From contig OU015569.1 in the NCBI GenBank assembly GCA_907165135.1, forward strand, positions 12,338,001-12,402,000: 64,000 nt of DNA, read 5' to 3'. Source of the DNA: Oikopleura dioica (Eukaryota; Animalia; Chordata). Below, piece by piece: positions 1 through 13,227 of the stretch. Positions within the stretch are counted from its first letter, which is position 1; every line of letters starts with the position of its first letter. The position numbers and the translations under genes are program-made. Below the pieces are notes generated by a model. That model was not told the DNA's origin, ran no database searches, and worked only from the letters and a program-made list of their open reading frames with translations.

Positions 1-242
1 TCTTCGTAAATAAAAAAATAGATTTTCCTCTTCTTTAATTTGATCCTGCTTTGATGAGATAAATGAAAGTAATTACGCTTTGGGCTGGGCTCCTTCCAAA
101 ATTTTCCAAAGCGGGCTTATTTCATCAAATTACGAATAATTCGGAGCGAGCCCAAACACCGCCATTGCTACACTTTTACATTCGGAATTTAGACGAGGTA
201 ACTCGATTTTTACACTCAATCTGGTTTTCCAAAAAGTCGCGC

Positions 243-776
243 AATTTTAATTAAAAAAGAGCGCTTTAGAATTTTCAGCCCAGTTTGTTCGATTATTTAT
301 TTTTGTCATTATTTATTATTAAATTTTTACGTAGACCAAATTATGACGATTTAGTTTCTGATAGGGATCTTATTACGATTTAAAATTGAAACGGTAAAAT
401 TCAAATGCGAGTTTGCTTAGACTCATTTATGGTGTTTGTCTCTTTTTCTAGAGAAAATTTGTCAAAATCGATACTCTCTTTTAAGCCTAAGCCAGATTAA
501 GGGGGTGTACTAGGCTCATCAATTTGTAAAAAAACCTGAGTCAGAGTCCATTTTACCTATTAAGGACCCTGACTCAGGTTTTTAATTGCCGAGCCTAGGC
601 TACCCCCTTAATTTGGCTCAGGCCTGAAAAAGAGTATCAACTTTGTCAAATTTTCCTGAGTCAGGGTCCTAAATGGGGAAATGGACCCTGACTCAGGTTT
701 TCTACATAGGTTTCTGATCCCAGAAAACCCTCTGTCTAGGTTAATCTGGCTGTATAAAGCGCAAATTCTAGAGCCA
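243..776 (+). repeat. Left copy of a ~530-bp inverted segmental duplication
   Basis: Reverse-complement match to 19655-20176, including non-palindromic sequence such as CAAATGCGAGTTTGCTTAGACTCATTTATGGTGTTTGTCTCTTTTTCTAGAG. Confidence 0.88.
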
Positions 777-1124
777 GAAAAGAGGAACTGAACTCAAACA
801 TTCGAAAATGATCTTGTTGAAGCTCGCCGCGGTGCTTTTTACTTTTGTGGTGGTTGTTTTATTTTTTCGGTTTTTGGGAAATGGCGAATGCGGTCGCTGG
901 GAATTGACTCTGCTGCTGATCCGGTTGTGGATTAGCACTAGAGCAGAAACATTTCTGCTTGTTAAATGTATCTCCCACGCGATTATTAGGTCACAGCGGA
1001 GGTAATCACCCTCTTTCCGGATTTCCCAAATCATATAATGCCGAATTATTGGAAAGAGGAGATCTAACCCGGTCAAACTTTGATTGCAAAATATCTATCT
1101 GAGGAGAACTTTTCTCATGACGAA

Positions 1125-1402
1125 TTTTAAGGGGTAGAGTCTGAAAAGGGGCAACATGGAAAAAAACCCTATCTTGGCCCGTAGGGCCAAGCTAAGACCA
1201 TCTAGAATCTATTCTCTAGAATCAAGAATCTATTTTCTAGAATCCAGAATCTAGAGTCAAGAATCTAGAGTCTAGAATCTAGGGTCGATTCTAGATTCTA
1301 GAGGGTTTTAGCTTGGCCCTACGGGCCAAGATAGGGTTTTTCCATGTTGCCTTTTCAGATATACCGTATATCATATACGGTATATCATATACCCCTTAAA
1401 TT
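1125..1402. repeat. Foldback with a (TCTAGAA)-rich core
   Basis: AAAACCCTATCTTGGCCCGTAGGGCCAAGCTAA mirrors TTAGCTTGGCCCTACGGGCCAAGATAGGGTTTT. A related TCTAGA tract lies at 20590-20645. Confidence 0.75.
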
Positions 1403-1834
1403 TCGGGTTAGAAAAATCCTCCTCGAAAGTCGGAAAAATCTCATTCCTTTTCATTCCTATCCCCTTAATTGCGAAAAGAACCGTCTAATAAGCGTTGTTA
1501 AGTGAAATGCAATACAGTAATGAATACGACAGTAATATGGCAAGCGGGGGCAGGGGTGGACAAGAAAAGTCGTCCATCAGCTGTCCATCGCGGGTAGCGA
1601 TCATTAAGGATACACACACGGGCTCATTATTATTCACCCGGAGCGCTCTGCATAATAATGTTTTTCTTTTCGCCATGTGGACAAGGCGTGAATTCGAAAT
1701 CTACCGCAGCGAGGTCTGTTTATGAACCCGCCAGAATACACAACGATCTTTAATTATTCCCAAACGCAAAGGCGACAGAAATTCGCAGCATTCCATTTTC
1801 AGAAGAGACCACCCATTAGTCCCAGCTACTAACT

Positions 1835-2350
1835 GAGCTGGCAAAAGGAGTGATACCCTTATTTGAAATTTCGAGTTTGTTTTAATAAGGGTGTCCCTCA
1901 TTTGCCAGCTCAGTTGCTATTAGTAACTAACTAATAAGCTACGATGCTGGGCTCAATAACCTGTGTAGAAAACCTGAGTCAGGGTCTTGAAATCTATTTT
2001 ACATTCTAGCGATTTCCTGACTCAGGTTTTTCACAGTTATTGAGCCCAGCATTGTAGCCTATTACTAATAGGCTATTAGTAAGTTTCTAATAGCAACGGG
2101 GCCGGCAAAGGAGGGATACCCTTATTGGAAATTTCAAATTTGCTTCAAGTCTTATTTCTTTACAATTTGAAATTTCCAATAAGGGTATCCCCTATCCTTT
2201 TGGCAGCTCAGTTGTTATTAGTAGCTTACTAATAGGCTACAATGCTGGGCTCAATAACCTGTGTAAAAACCTGAGTCAGGAAAGCAGTTTCGCTAGAATG
2301 TAAAAAGATTTCAAGACCCTGACTCAGGTTTTTACACAGGTCGCTAAGCC
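1835..2350. repeat. Chain of alternating inverted repeats (family-A plus CCCTTA modules)
   Basis: Segment 1905-1983 recurs directly at 2204-2280, with an inverted copy between them. Confidence 0.7.
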
Positions 2351-3489
2351 AACGCACCAATGATGGAGAGTTGATTTATTTTTTTACTTCGATTATATTT
2401 TTAAACCGAGGAAGTCCTTAAAATCCATCTTTTCTGGGAAAAAGAAGGTGTTCTCAAAACTCGGCAAAACTCGCTCAATTGGAGAATTGGCGGAAGTGGA
2501 CCAACTCCTAAGCTTGTTTTGAGTGCAACTGCCTCTGTCCTTAGGCTGAAGTGCTTATTTTTGATAAATAGCTTTCTTCGTTCCATATTCTTGTTCTGTT
2601 TTATTCTAAACATAACACCTCAATTTTTCGAAAAACGAAAAGAAAATACTTTTATTGTGCCAAATTCGAATCCAAAATCGAGGCCAAGAAAAACTTATGA
2701 AACAAAAATATTCACACCTTCTATTTTCTTTTTTCCTTTTTCAGGTCAGTTACAGTCAAATAAAATGACTGGGCGGGAGAGAAAGAAAATGCAAAATTAA
2801 GTTTTTATATAATCAGAATTTTTAATTAAGGGCTTCTCTCTGTTATGTTCATTTTTGGAAATTTTAACCCGTTGACGCGTAGGGTTCAATTTAGGTATTT
2901 TCATGCAAGTTTTTTCTCTTTTTCCAATTATAAAGCGAAAAACAAATTTTAAGGGTATCACCTCGTAACCCGCTCCTTCGATACTGCATTTTCCCACGCT
3001 GGGAAATTCTAGAATTTCAACCCTCATATTTCAAATGTGAGAAAAAACTGCCATTTCAAGAAAGAAAAAAATAAATAAGGAAGGCATTCCCTTAATAATT
3101 CAATCCGGAAATAGGGAAGAGAGCCTTAAAACACTCTCAAGTGTTTTAAGTTTGAAGTGAACGGCGTTTCCGGACTCGATCGTTCAATTTTCGTAAATTG
3201 GTACGTTTTTCGAATTTGGACGCAATTTTTGGCGCAAATTGGATGGACGAAGGAATCCTCCCAGGTCTTCAAATAATGATCAGCAGATGGGCGAGAGGGA
3301 GCCGGATTAGGCGAAAATTTGGTTATCCACGGCCTCAGCCCCGTCAAAATGCGCCATTAGCGTTACGAAAATAAATGCACCCGTCACTCACTCTATAAAT
3401 CGAATTAGAACGTCTAAATCTTCTCCAAAACACAGCCCAAAAACCTGAAAAATTCTGGAATTCCAGTTCTACTCGTTTTCAGACTGGAA

Positions 3490-4030
3490 TCGGCAACCTG
3501 TGTAGAAAACCCTGAGTCAGGGTCCTGAAAAGCCGTCGTAAAATAGCGAAGCAGGACCCTGACTCAGGTTTTCTACTCAGATTCTCAAACCTAGATCTTG
3601 CTTAAAATTGCTTACCTAAAAAGCCGCGTAGCGGTTTTTCTGACAATTAGCCGCAAAGCGGCTTCGCCAAAACTACCATCGTAACCTGTTGTTTATTTTG
3701 GCGAAGCCGCTGTGCGGCTAATTGTCGAAAAGCCGCTAAGCGGCTTTTCAAGTAAGCAATTTTAGGCAAGATCTGGGCTTGAAACCTGTGCAGAAAACCT
3801 GAGTCAGGGTTCTTCTTCGCTTTTTAATAATGCTTTTCAGGATCCTGACTCAGGTTTTCTACACAGGTTGCCAGGCCCAAATCTTGCCTAAAATAGCGAA
3901 GTTGAAAAGCCGCGTAGCGGTTTTCAGAAAAATTAGCCGCAAAGCGGCTTCGCCAAAATTAATGATAGATTTTTATGGTAATTTTGGCGAAGCCGCTTTG
4001 CGGCTAATTTTTCTGAAAAGCCGCGCGCTT
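3490..4030. repeat. Chain of alternating family-A and GCCGC palindromes
   Basis: AAAAGCCGCGTAGCGGTTTT...ATTAGCCGCAAAGCGGCTTCGCCAAAA occurs at about 3618 and 3905, with inverted copies between. Confidence 0.7.
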
Positions 4031-4431
4031 TTATCCAAGCCTTTTGCACTGACTCAGGTACTACCTACCTAAGGGAGGTTGCCGGGCCAAGATAACAGGT
4101 TAACCGCGAATTTTTGGGGATATTGATTTCTGATTTTGATTTCAGGATTGCAGGTAAATTAGATGCAATCAGACAATTTCAAAGGCGTTGTTGCAATAAG
4201 GGCACGGCTGCAATAAAAGCAACGGCCGAGTCAGATAGCTGCGGCGATAATTTGGCCTCGGGCGCGTTTTGCTCGTAAAAGGCGGCGCGATCGAAGCTGA
4301 TCAAAAACGAGGCCCACGTGACCTGATAAAGAGCGATGGACGCGTGTTTGAGCGATTTATGGCCGATTTATAGCAACTTCCGACAAAAATAAAAAGACAA
4401 AAATAAGCACCGAGGTAGCTTAAAAATTACT

Positions 4432-4749
4432 ACTTTATCGCCCTGCCCGTCGAAATGGGTTAAATCTTCAAAAACCAAAATTTTACCCAAAATTTAAAAA
4501 AGAGTGACACCTTAATTTATTTTTCTGATTTTTAACAAGAAAGGGGGCGAGTTTCATTTATTAATTTTTATCAGAATTTTTATTGAGAAATTTTTTTACC
4601 AAAAAAACTAATAAAAAATTAAGAAATGAAACTTGCTCTCCTTCTTGTTAAAAATCAGAAAAAATTAAGGGTGTCACTTTTTTAAATTTTTGAGTAAAAT
4701 TTTGGTCATTGAAGATTTAACCCATTTCGACGGGCAGGACGATAAAGTG
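4432..4749. repeat. ~320-bp foldback palindrome
   Basis: CTTTATCGCCCTGCCCGTCGAAATGGGTTAAATCTTC...GAAGATTTAACCCATTTCGACGGGCAGGACGATAAAG. Confidence 0.78.
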
Positions 4750-5357
4750 GCAATTTTAAGCTACTCAATTGCGAAATTGAGTTGAGCCCATTTTGGATGG
4801 AAAAGTGACAGCTGGAAGCCGCAAGGAGGAAATTTTGACAGAAGAAAATCAAGTTCTGCTTATTTGAGTCTAAGTGGAGCAAATGATCAAGTTCAGGGTC
4901 GATCAGCTCGCTCGCGGGCGGAGTGTTTATTGGTGCCAGTTTCTGTTGAGTGCTTTTAATCCGCGCGATCGTCCCTTCCGGAGTCGCGAGCTGGGCTGAC
5001 TCTATCGCCCTGTTACGGCTCCAGCGGCGCAGAAAATCCGCTTCCGACTCAAAAGACGCCCAAGCCAGCTACCAGCAGCAGCCACAAACAGCCACTCAAA
5101 GACGGGGTCACTAAAAACTCTAAGCGAATTCCGAACTCGCCCCAACCAAAAAGAAAAAGAATTCAAAGGAAAGCGCGAAAATTCCACTTCCGCCAGTTTC
5201 GACTAATACAAATACTCGACTCCTTTTTTCTTTTGTAACTCAATCCGATAAGAACCAACTCCAAAACTCAACCAAAAATACTTTTTGAAAGAAAAAAACT
5301 AGAAGTGGTCTTTTTGAACTGTTTCTCGAATTTCATACTCGTTTTTATCAAGTGCTA

Positions 5358-5600
5358 GTCTTGGAAACCTGTGTTGAAAACCTGATTCAGGGTCTGAATA
5401 ATTCAAACGAAAAGCCGCGTAGCGGCTTTTTAAAAACGAAGCCGCAAAGCGGCTTCGCCAACTTATCATTTCAATATCTTCCGAAATTTTAAGATAAGTT
5501 GGCGAAGCCGCTTTGCGGCTTCGTTTAAAAGCCGCTACGCGGCTTTTCATTTGAATTCTTCAGACCCTGAATCAGGTTTTCAACACAGGTTGTCAAGTCC
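5358..5600. mobile_element. Family-A MITE
   Basis: Mirrored ACCTGTGTTGAAAACCTGATTCAGGGTC arms around a GCCGC core. Confidence 0.75.
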
Positions 5601-6518
5601 AGATTCCAGGAGTTCAGAATTTGGGAACTTATTGAAATAATAATTTGGCGAAGCCGCTTTGCGGCTTCGTTTTCAAAAAGCCGCTACGCGGCTTTTCATT
5701 TAAATTCTTCAGACCCTGGCTCAGGGTTTCTACACAGGATGCCGAGCCCAAATTTCAGGGATAATTACTAAATTCGACGATTCAAAGAAGCGAAGAAATC
5801 TTTGGATTCTTGAGCTAATTTTTTCTGCTCCGAAGAAAGTGATTGACAGGGGTGCTCAAATCAAAGGAACCCGTTGGCAAGTGCGGGTGTAGTTGGTTAG
5901 CTGCGTTGTCAGCAGATCTTGACAGAGGTGATGTTTGGGGACGGATGAGCTGTTCGAGAATTCGCAAATTCGGCGCCTTCTCGTGTTTACCCTTTTTATC
6001 AGCAAGCTCTCAAGGCCCAAGCGCGTAAATCCTTCAAACAAGAACGCCACTACACGCAAGAAAGCCCTACTTGACATAAATCAAACAACATCACTGCCAT
6101 AAACTTGTAACCAAAATTAAGATTTTGCTCGTTATAAATTTCTTCTCGACGTTACTTTGCAAATATTCGGCTTCGACTCAAAAATCATCTAGCCGCGCTT
6201 CGTGCGGCTTTTTTACATTTTTTTGAAGCCGCAATCGTCTTCTTGAGTTTTAGCCCAAAAGAATCTATTGTTGAAAGTTATTTTGATTTTATGAAAATCT
6301 TCTCTAGAAAAGAAAAAAAGACACCATAACTGCTCTTTTGTCAACTTGTTTTTGACTTTTCTTATTTTCAATATAGTCGGAAAAAGTAACATATCAGTTG
6401 AATTTTGACTAGGAATATTACCATGAATAACTTTATGATATAACAACAAAGAAATATGACTTGAAACAAAAATGAAATTTCTACTAAGGGTGTCCCTCTT
6501 CTACCAGTTAAGCACCTA

Positions 6519-6717
6519 GCTGGGCTCGAAAACCTGTGTAGAAAGCCTGAGTCAGGGTCTGAAAGAACTGAAATGAAAAGCCGCGCAGCGGCTCCGCCAA
6601 AATTTTTGATAGGTTGAATTTTTGCGACTTCGTTTTTAAAAAAGCCGCTGCGCGGCTTTTCATTTCAGTTCTTTCAGACCCTGACTCAGGCTTTCTACAC
6701 AGGTTTTCGAGCCTAGT
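6519..6717. mobile_element. Family-A MITE (arm GGCTCGGCAACCTGTGTAGAAAACCTGAGTCAGGG; core AAGCCGCnnnGCGGCTT)
   Basis: Representative ~200-bp palindromic copy of the dominant family, which has more than 30 full or partial copies in the window. Confidence 0.8.
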
Positions 6718-6804
6718 CTGTCTAGACTCTGAAATGTTGATTTATTTGAAAAGCAGAAAATAAAAAAGCCGCGATTTGCGCGGCTTCTCGATTTGCAATT
6801 TACT

Positions 6805-7374
6805 TAGGGTTCCGCACGATTGGGACAGAGACTTTAAATTTACCAAAATTTTTTAATTCTACTAAAAATGACTAGTAGAATCCATTTCCGATCCTAGTTT
6901 TTCCTAAAAGCCATTTTTTCTGTCATTTTAAAGCTATTTAAAAATACAAAGTTTAATTAGCTTCTGCGCTCTGATTGGTCAGCTGTACAAGGGACTTTTT
7001 CTAGACTGAAGATTCTTCCATCTGAACAACACAGTCAGAAATTCGACCAATCAGCGCGCGGGAAATGAAAATGTTAATGCTTATGAAAACTTTAATTGAT
7101 CAGCCCACAAAAAGTTCGCTGAGTTATAATTTCATTTAAAAACAAAAACTACTATTTTTTGGTGTTCTTTTCAATGGGAGGGCGACTGAACGTGGGCGAC
7201 AGAAATATACCGGAAAAACCGAGATAAATCGGCGAATTTATAGAGTTATCAGAGTATAAGTATCGTCATTTTCTTCGCCATAATCGAAAACCTCAATCCC
7301 ATTCAAAACTTCAAAATCTGTTATAGTTTAATTTGGTTTTTGAAATTTGGGTCCTCCGATCGTGCGGAACCCTA
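6805..7374. mobile_element. Non-autonomous hAT-type MITE (TAGGG termini)
   Basis: Terminal inverted repeats (TIRs) TAGGGTTCCGCACGAT...ATCGTGCGGAACCCTA. Perfect 8-bp TSD AATTTACT at 6797-6804 and 7375-7382. Confidence 0.85.
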
Positions 7375-7823
7375 AATTTACTAAAAATGATTAACTGTTA
7401 ATAAAATGGTCTTAATAAAGGTCTTATTAAATAAAGGTGTCCTTTGTATCTCCCGCGGTGGAAAACGATCGATTGCAATGATGGTTTCAATAAATCAACC
7501 CTTTTTAGCAATTTTATTCAGTCTAAATTCAGTCTTAAATTTGAGCCGTTTTCTAATTTGGCAGATTGATTCGTCCCAACTCAATCAAGCCAAAAAACGA
7601 CTCGCCACTGGGAAAAAGGAAAAAATGAAAATTTACGATTTCGCCACATGCAGCTATTAATTTCACTAAATCACCCGCGAAAAACCAAATACCCTTCAGA
7701 AAGTGACGTTTTTACACGGCAAACAGATAGCGCTCAATTTCGGGCAAGGAATGAATCTACTGCCAGTTTTACAATACGACCATTTTTTTAGTCAAAACCG
7801 AACTTTTGCTCCTGTAGAGTGCC

Positions 7824-8395
7824 CGGCAACCTGACTTAAAACCTGAGTCAGGGTCCAAAGATTCAGATCGTACGGCAATTTTAGGACCCTGACTCAGGTT
7901 TTTACACAGGTTTTTCCAAGCCTAACCCCAAAAGAAAGCAAACAAAACAAAAGTTGGGCTTGGAAAAACCTGTGTAGAAACCTGAGTCAGGCTCCAAAGA
8001 TTCAGATAGTGCGGCGATTTTAGGACCCTGACTCAGGTTTTAACACAGTTTTTCAAGCCTAACCCCAAAAGAAGGCAAACAAAACAAATACAGAAACTGG
8101 ACTTGAAAAAACTGTGTAGAAAGCTGAGTCAGGTTCCTAAAATCGCCGTACCATCTGAATCTTTGGACCCTGACTCAGGTTTTAACACATGCTTTTCTTT
8201 CCAAGCCTAGTTTCTGTATTTGTTTTTGTTTGCGTTTTTTTGGGGTAAGGCTTGAAAAACCTGTGTAGAAACCTGAGTCAGGCTCCAAAATCGCCGTACG
8301 ATCAAAATCTTTTGACCCTGACTCAGGTTTCTACACAGGTTTTTTCCAAGCCCAGTTTCTGTATTTATTTTGTTTGTGTCCTTTTTGGGGTTAGG
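7824..8395. repeat. Four-unit chain of family-A palindromes with inverted spacers
   Basis: The unit CCTGAGTCAGG-TCCAAAGATTCAGAT..CGGC.ATTTTAGGACCCTGACTCAGG appears twice forward and then twice reversed. Confidence 0.75.
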
Positions 8396-8662
8396 GAAGT
8401 AGTTAACTGTTTGGGAGTTGTTAAGTGGCGAGAGAGGAATGCGGGAAGCAAATAACAGAATGCGAAAAGTGAAGGACACTTTGCACTAATGAGCTTGTGA
8501 ACCGGCTAATGGAGATCACTAATAGCAACCCTTCCCGAATCCACAAATTAACTCTTTTTCGCCCAGCGCATTCCGATTTGCAATTATACCAAATAAATCA
8601 AAATGTAAATAACAACTCTAGTACTGCCACCTGCCAAGTAGAGGGTCTTTAAAATGGGAAAC

Positions 8663-9016
8663 TAGGCTCGGCAACCTGTGTAAAAATCTGAGTCAGGTTT
8701 TCGAAGGTTTAAGATGAAAAGCCGCGTAGCGGCTTTTTTAAAGAGAAGCTTCGCCAAATAATCTTTAAATTGAATATTCTAATTCTGGCGAAGCCGCTTT
8801 GCGGCTTCGTTTTTAAAAAGCCGCTGCGCGGCTTTTGATTTAAAACTTTAAAGTCCCTGACTCAGGTTTTCTACGCAGGTTGCCGGGAAAAACTCCCAAA
8901 ATTGGGCTCGGAAACCTGTGTCAGGGTCCTGAGTCAGGGTCCTGAATGAGCTCAAAAATAGATAACAGCTTTTTCAGGACCCTGAGTCAGGTTTCTACAC
9001 AGGTTGCCGAGCCTAG
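8663..9016. mobile_element. Two adjacent family-A MITEs
   Basis: GGCTCGGCAACCTGTG...CAGGTTGCCGG followed by GGGCTCGGAAACC...GGTTGCCGAGCC. Confidence 0.7.
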
Positions 9017-10433
9017 CTCTTGGTAAATTGATTTTTGCTTTGAATTTTGAAGTTGAAAGTCAAAAATTGCGACCGAAAGTGGCAATTTCGCCAGCTCCAG
9101 CGAATTTCTAAAGCTCAAACTCGGATTTCGAGTTGAAGAGCGGGGCTTACAGTATTTCGAATAAAAGGGCTGAGTTGCTCCTTCTGCCCCTTAGTCCATT
9201 AGAGCGCTAGTTACTCCTGTTTTGCGCCCGTCTAAATATTTCAGCGCGTATACAGAAGCTGAATTATAAATAAAGAAATGATGATTTCAAATTCAGAATC
9301 TGGCTCTTCGAAATTGACAATCTCAAATCTTCAAAATACAAAATAGATGAAAAAAGTCTCTTTTACTTGAAAAAAGGAGCGACAGAAGGGCAGTTACTGC
9401 ATTAGCCAGAAGCTATCCGATACATAAGCCAGCCAAAAAGGGTTTAATAGAATCATCATCGCCCTCATCCCCCGATCAATACCAAATACCATTTTCATTT
9501 TGTAGATCTGTATTTATTACTTTAGCGGTTTTGGATTTTCAGAATTTAAGGGTGTCTCCGTGATTAAATTTCTAGACTTTTCACAGTTTGATACGCTTTT
9601 TCTTTAATAGACTATTAAAGATGAAATGAAAATAAGGGTGTCACTCTAAAAAATAAATTTTGCTAAAATCGATTTTATGATAGGTACGCCCTTAAATACG
9701 CATTTTTTTATATCAATAAGTATTACTTATAGTTGTTGATATAAAAAATGCGTTTTTAAGGGTGTACCTTCCATAGACTCGATTTTCAGCTAATGTCATT
9801 TTTAAGAGTGACACCCTTATTTTCATTTCATTTTGAAAGCATTAAAATAGAATATCACTTTTGAAATCTTAATTTCCACCGTAAAAATTATGGATATGCA
9901 TACCCTTAAAATCTCAAAGTAAGTCTGTTTGTATCAAAACTGGCAAAAACGCGTCAGGGAGTTAAAAATTCAAAACGCGGGTTAATTTCGAGTTAGCTCT
10001 TTTCTGGTTCTGAGGAGAAGAGGGAGCAATAAAGCTTGAAACTGATTGAGGCTGACTGTAATAAAGCGTTTTCCTACAAGCAGTTTCGCTGTATCTTTGA
10101 TTTTAGTAGTTTTGTGAGTAGCATTCTATTTTGATGAATTTGAGCGTTTGGGCATTTAGAGGGTAATTTGGTGCTCGCCACCTGGCCGCCCGGCGATCCA
10201 TCAGCATCTAATTCTTACCTTGATGAATCCTTTCGGCAACGGGCACGTTGAGCACACATAATAAAATACCAAAAGAACCAAGATTTATCTTCCAAAACGT
10301 CTCCGCTTTTGTCATAACTCTTAATACCCGCCGCATTCTTCTTCCCTTTTTTATCCGAATCGGCCACCTTTTTAACCATCCGCCTAGCTCAAATTCATTA
10401 ATTCTAGTTCAAGAGAAATTTAAGGGTATCGCT

Positions 10434-10911
10434 CAGAGTTGCAAATTTGCTGAGCTGAGTGAGCTCAGCTCAGCTCAGCTCAGTGATTCTTGAAAATGAT
10501 CTGATCTGCTCAGCTCAGCTCAGACAATTTTCACTCAGCACAGCTCTAATTAGGGTCCGCTCAGCTCAGCTCAACTACCGTAAAATGAAGGCCCGCTCAG
10601 CTCAGCTCAGCTCACACAATTTTCACTCAGCTCAGCTCAATGATTATAACACAATTTTTCTACTAAAAGCACAATAAAACAGCTCAGCTCAGCTCAACCA
10701 GCTCAGCACAGCTCTAATTAGAATCCGCTCAGCTCAGCTCAACTACCTTAAAATAAAGGTCCGCTCAGCTCAGCTCCGCTCAATAACTTCTGAAAAGACC
10801 AGCTCAGCTCAGCTCAGTGACCTCCGAAATAGGCCAGCTCAGCTCAGCTCTGAAAAATTTTTACTCAGCTCAGCTCAGCTCAGCAACAATAAACCAAAAT
10901 TTGCAACTCTG
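10434..10911. mobile_element. hAT-type MITE filled with (GCTCA)n pentamers
   Basis: 15-bp TIR CAGAGTTGCAAATTT...AAATTTGCAACTCTG. Perfect 8-bp TSD GTATCGCT at 10426-10433 and 10912-10919. Confidence 0.88.
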
Positions 10912-13014
10912 GTATCGCTATTAATTTCGAGGAAGAAGTTGGCTTTTCAAAAAGTTGGCAGAAAAAAGCTGCGCGATTCTGATTCTGATAAGTTCGTCTG
11001 GATCCGTCATCCTATCGGCCAGGACTGTCAAGGAACTCTTCCGGGCGTGCGAGTTCTGCCCCGGGGCGAGGGCTCTTGCCAGCAGTCGATTATTACGGGC
11101 GAGAGGCCTATCGATTACGCAAGCGTAAAATCGCCGGAGTCAATTAGCATTGTCCAAAGTGGCCATTCTTTCTCTCGTTTTTTCGATCAACAATTTCGTC
11201 AAATATCGACCGCATAATAGCTGTCAGATAAACTCGATTGAATATCATCCCTCTTTTTGCAACAATAGACAAACGCAAACTTTGCAACGCGAAAAAGGGC
11301 AAATTTACCTGTCGAAAAAATAAACCCTTTTTCAGCGAGTTGCCGGAAGCAGTGAATAAATAGCTTCAGTTTCATTAAAATTAAGGGAGTGGACAACGAT
11401 AAACCCGATTTTCTGGATTTTCAGAATTGTCTTTTATCTTATTAACCATTTTTTGTTAGCATGGTGACACCCTTAAAAATATCGGACATTTTTGATCTTA
11501 TTTTGAGAAGAAAAATAAGGGTGTCACTAGCTTAAAAACCGATTAAAAGAAACCTGAATTGGACTATTTTTAGTGGAGCTAGCTCAAATCTTAGTTGGTG
11601 AGACCCTTATTTTTTGCTCAAAATTAAGAGATTTCTTTAAAAATTAAGGGTGTCACAATGCTTCTTTTGAGCTAGCCCCGTCAAGTTTGAGTTATTTTTA
11701 AGCTTGTGAGACCCTTATTTGAAATAAGTTTTTCTTCCTTATCAAAAGCAAGCTCAATATTAATAAGGGTGTCATTATAATTAACCAAAGTAAAAAATTG
11801 AAGGAAATTAAGAAAAAAGAAAATCTAATAAAATTAAAAGTCTGGCCAATTTCCTCAAAAAATGCGAAAGTGTGAATATTTGTGTTTTGGCGAGTCGGGG
11901 ACACATTCTTTTTGTCGCTTTGCTGCGGTTTTTCGAATTGCTTGCTTGATTGAAATATTTCTTGTTACCTCAGTGGCGCTTTTTTGCTTTGTTAACGTGA
12001 GTGATTGGCAATTATCATAACACCGCCGGCTGCTGCTGCATACCCAAGTGCACCGTAATAACCCTCCTCCGCCAGATTTCCCCTGACGTGGACCAAAAAC
12101 ACCTGCTTTTCCAACAACTACTTTACCTTTTTCCTTTTCCTTTTACTTTTTGTCGCTATAAGCTGGAAAACCTGTGTAGAGAACCTGAGTCAGGGTCTTG
12201 AAATCTTTTTATGTTCCAGTGAAGCTGCTACCCTGACTCAGGTTTTTACATAGGTTATTGACACTGCCCAGATTCTACTCGGCAAGAACCTGTGTAGAAA
12301 ACCTGAGTCAGGGTCTGGAAGATCTTTAGTGAAAAGCCGCGTACCTTTTTGTCTTCCAAAAAGATCTTCCAGACCCTGACTCAGGTTTTCTGCACAGGTT
12401 CTTGCCGAGCCCAGTCTGGGCTCAATAACCTGTGTAAAAACTGAGTCAGGGTAGCAGCTTCACTTGAATATAAAATTGATTTCAAGACCCTGAGTCAGGG
12501 TCCCTGACTCAGGTTTTACACAGGTTGCCGAGCCCTGTCAGCGATTCCTGACTCAGGTTTCTGCTCATTTAAAATTCCCATCTCATTTGGCGCCCATAAA
12601 AGGCGCCCCAAATGAGCCCAAATTTTGGGTAAACAAAATTAGAAGAAAAAAGAAAAAGAAGAAACGAAATTTCACCACGGTGAGAATTCTAAATGCGCGG
12701 CGCCTTCGCTTTCATTTCGTTCTCCATAAAAAGTAGCATTATCGCTCGTAAAATGGAATTGTTTCCGTTCAAACGCGGCTCATCCTCAATTCTCGCCAGC
12801 GCAGAAAAATGGGGGTCAGGCTCGGCTTAACTCGCGTCCCGCACAATAAATTTCGTTTACTCACGAATCGGGTCATGTGACGATTTCTTTTTAACGGCGA
12901 TTTGATGAGGCTGCTTTCGATAATTACTGTTGCCTTACTGAGCAAATTTGAAGAACAAATGAAAAATGATACTGACCGTTTTTAATGCTCAAAAATCAGC
13001 TACAGTAATTCAGA

Positions 13015-13227
13015 CTGTGCTCGACAACCTGTGAAGAAAACCTGAGTCAGGGTCTCGAAGAGCTAAAATGAAAAGCCGCGCAGCGGCTTCGCGAATATTA
13101 CCATTACGATCTATTAAAAATTCTAGCGAAGCCGCTGCGCGGCTTCGTTTTAAAAGCCGCTGCGCGGCTTTTCATTTTAGCTCTTTGAAACCCTGACTGA
13201 GGTTTTCTTCACAGGTTGCCGAGCCCA
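13015..13227. mobile_element. Family-A MITE
   Basis: Mirrored arms with a GCCGC core. Confidence 0.75.
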
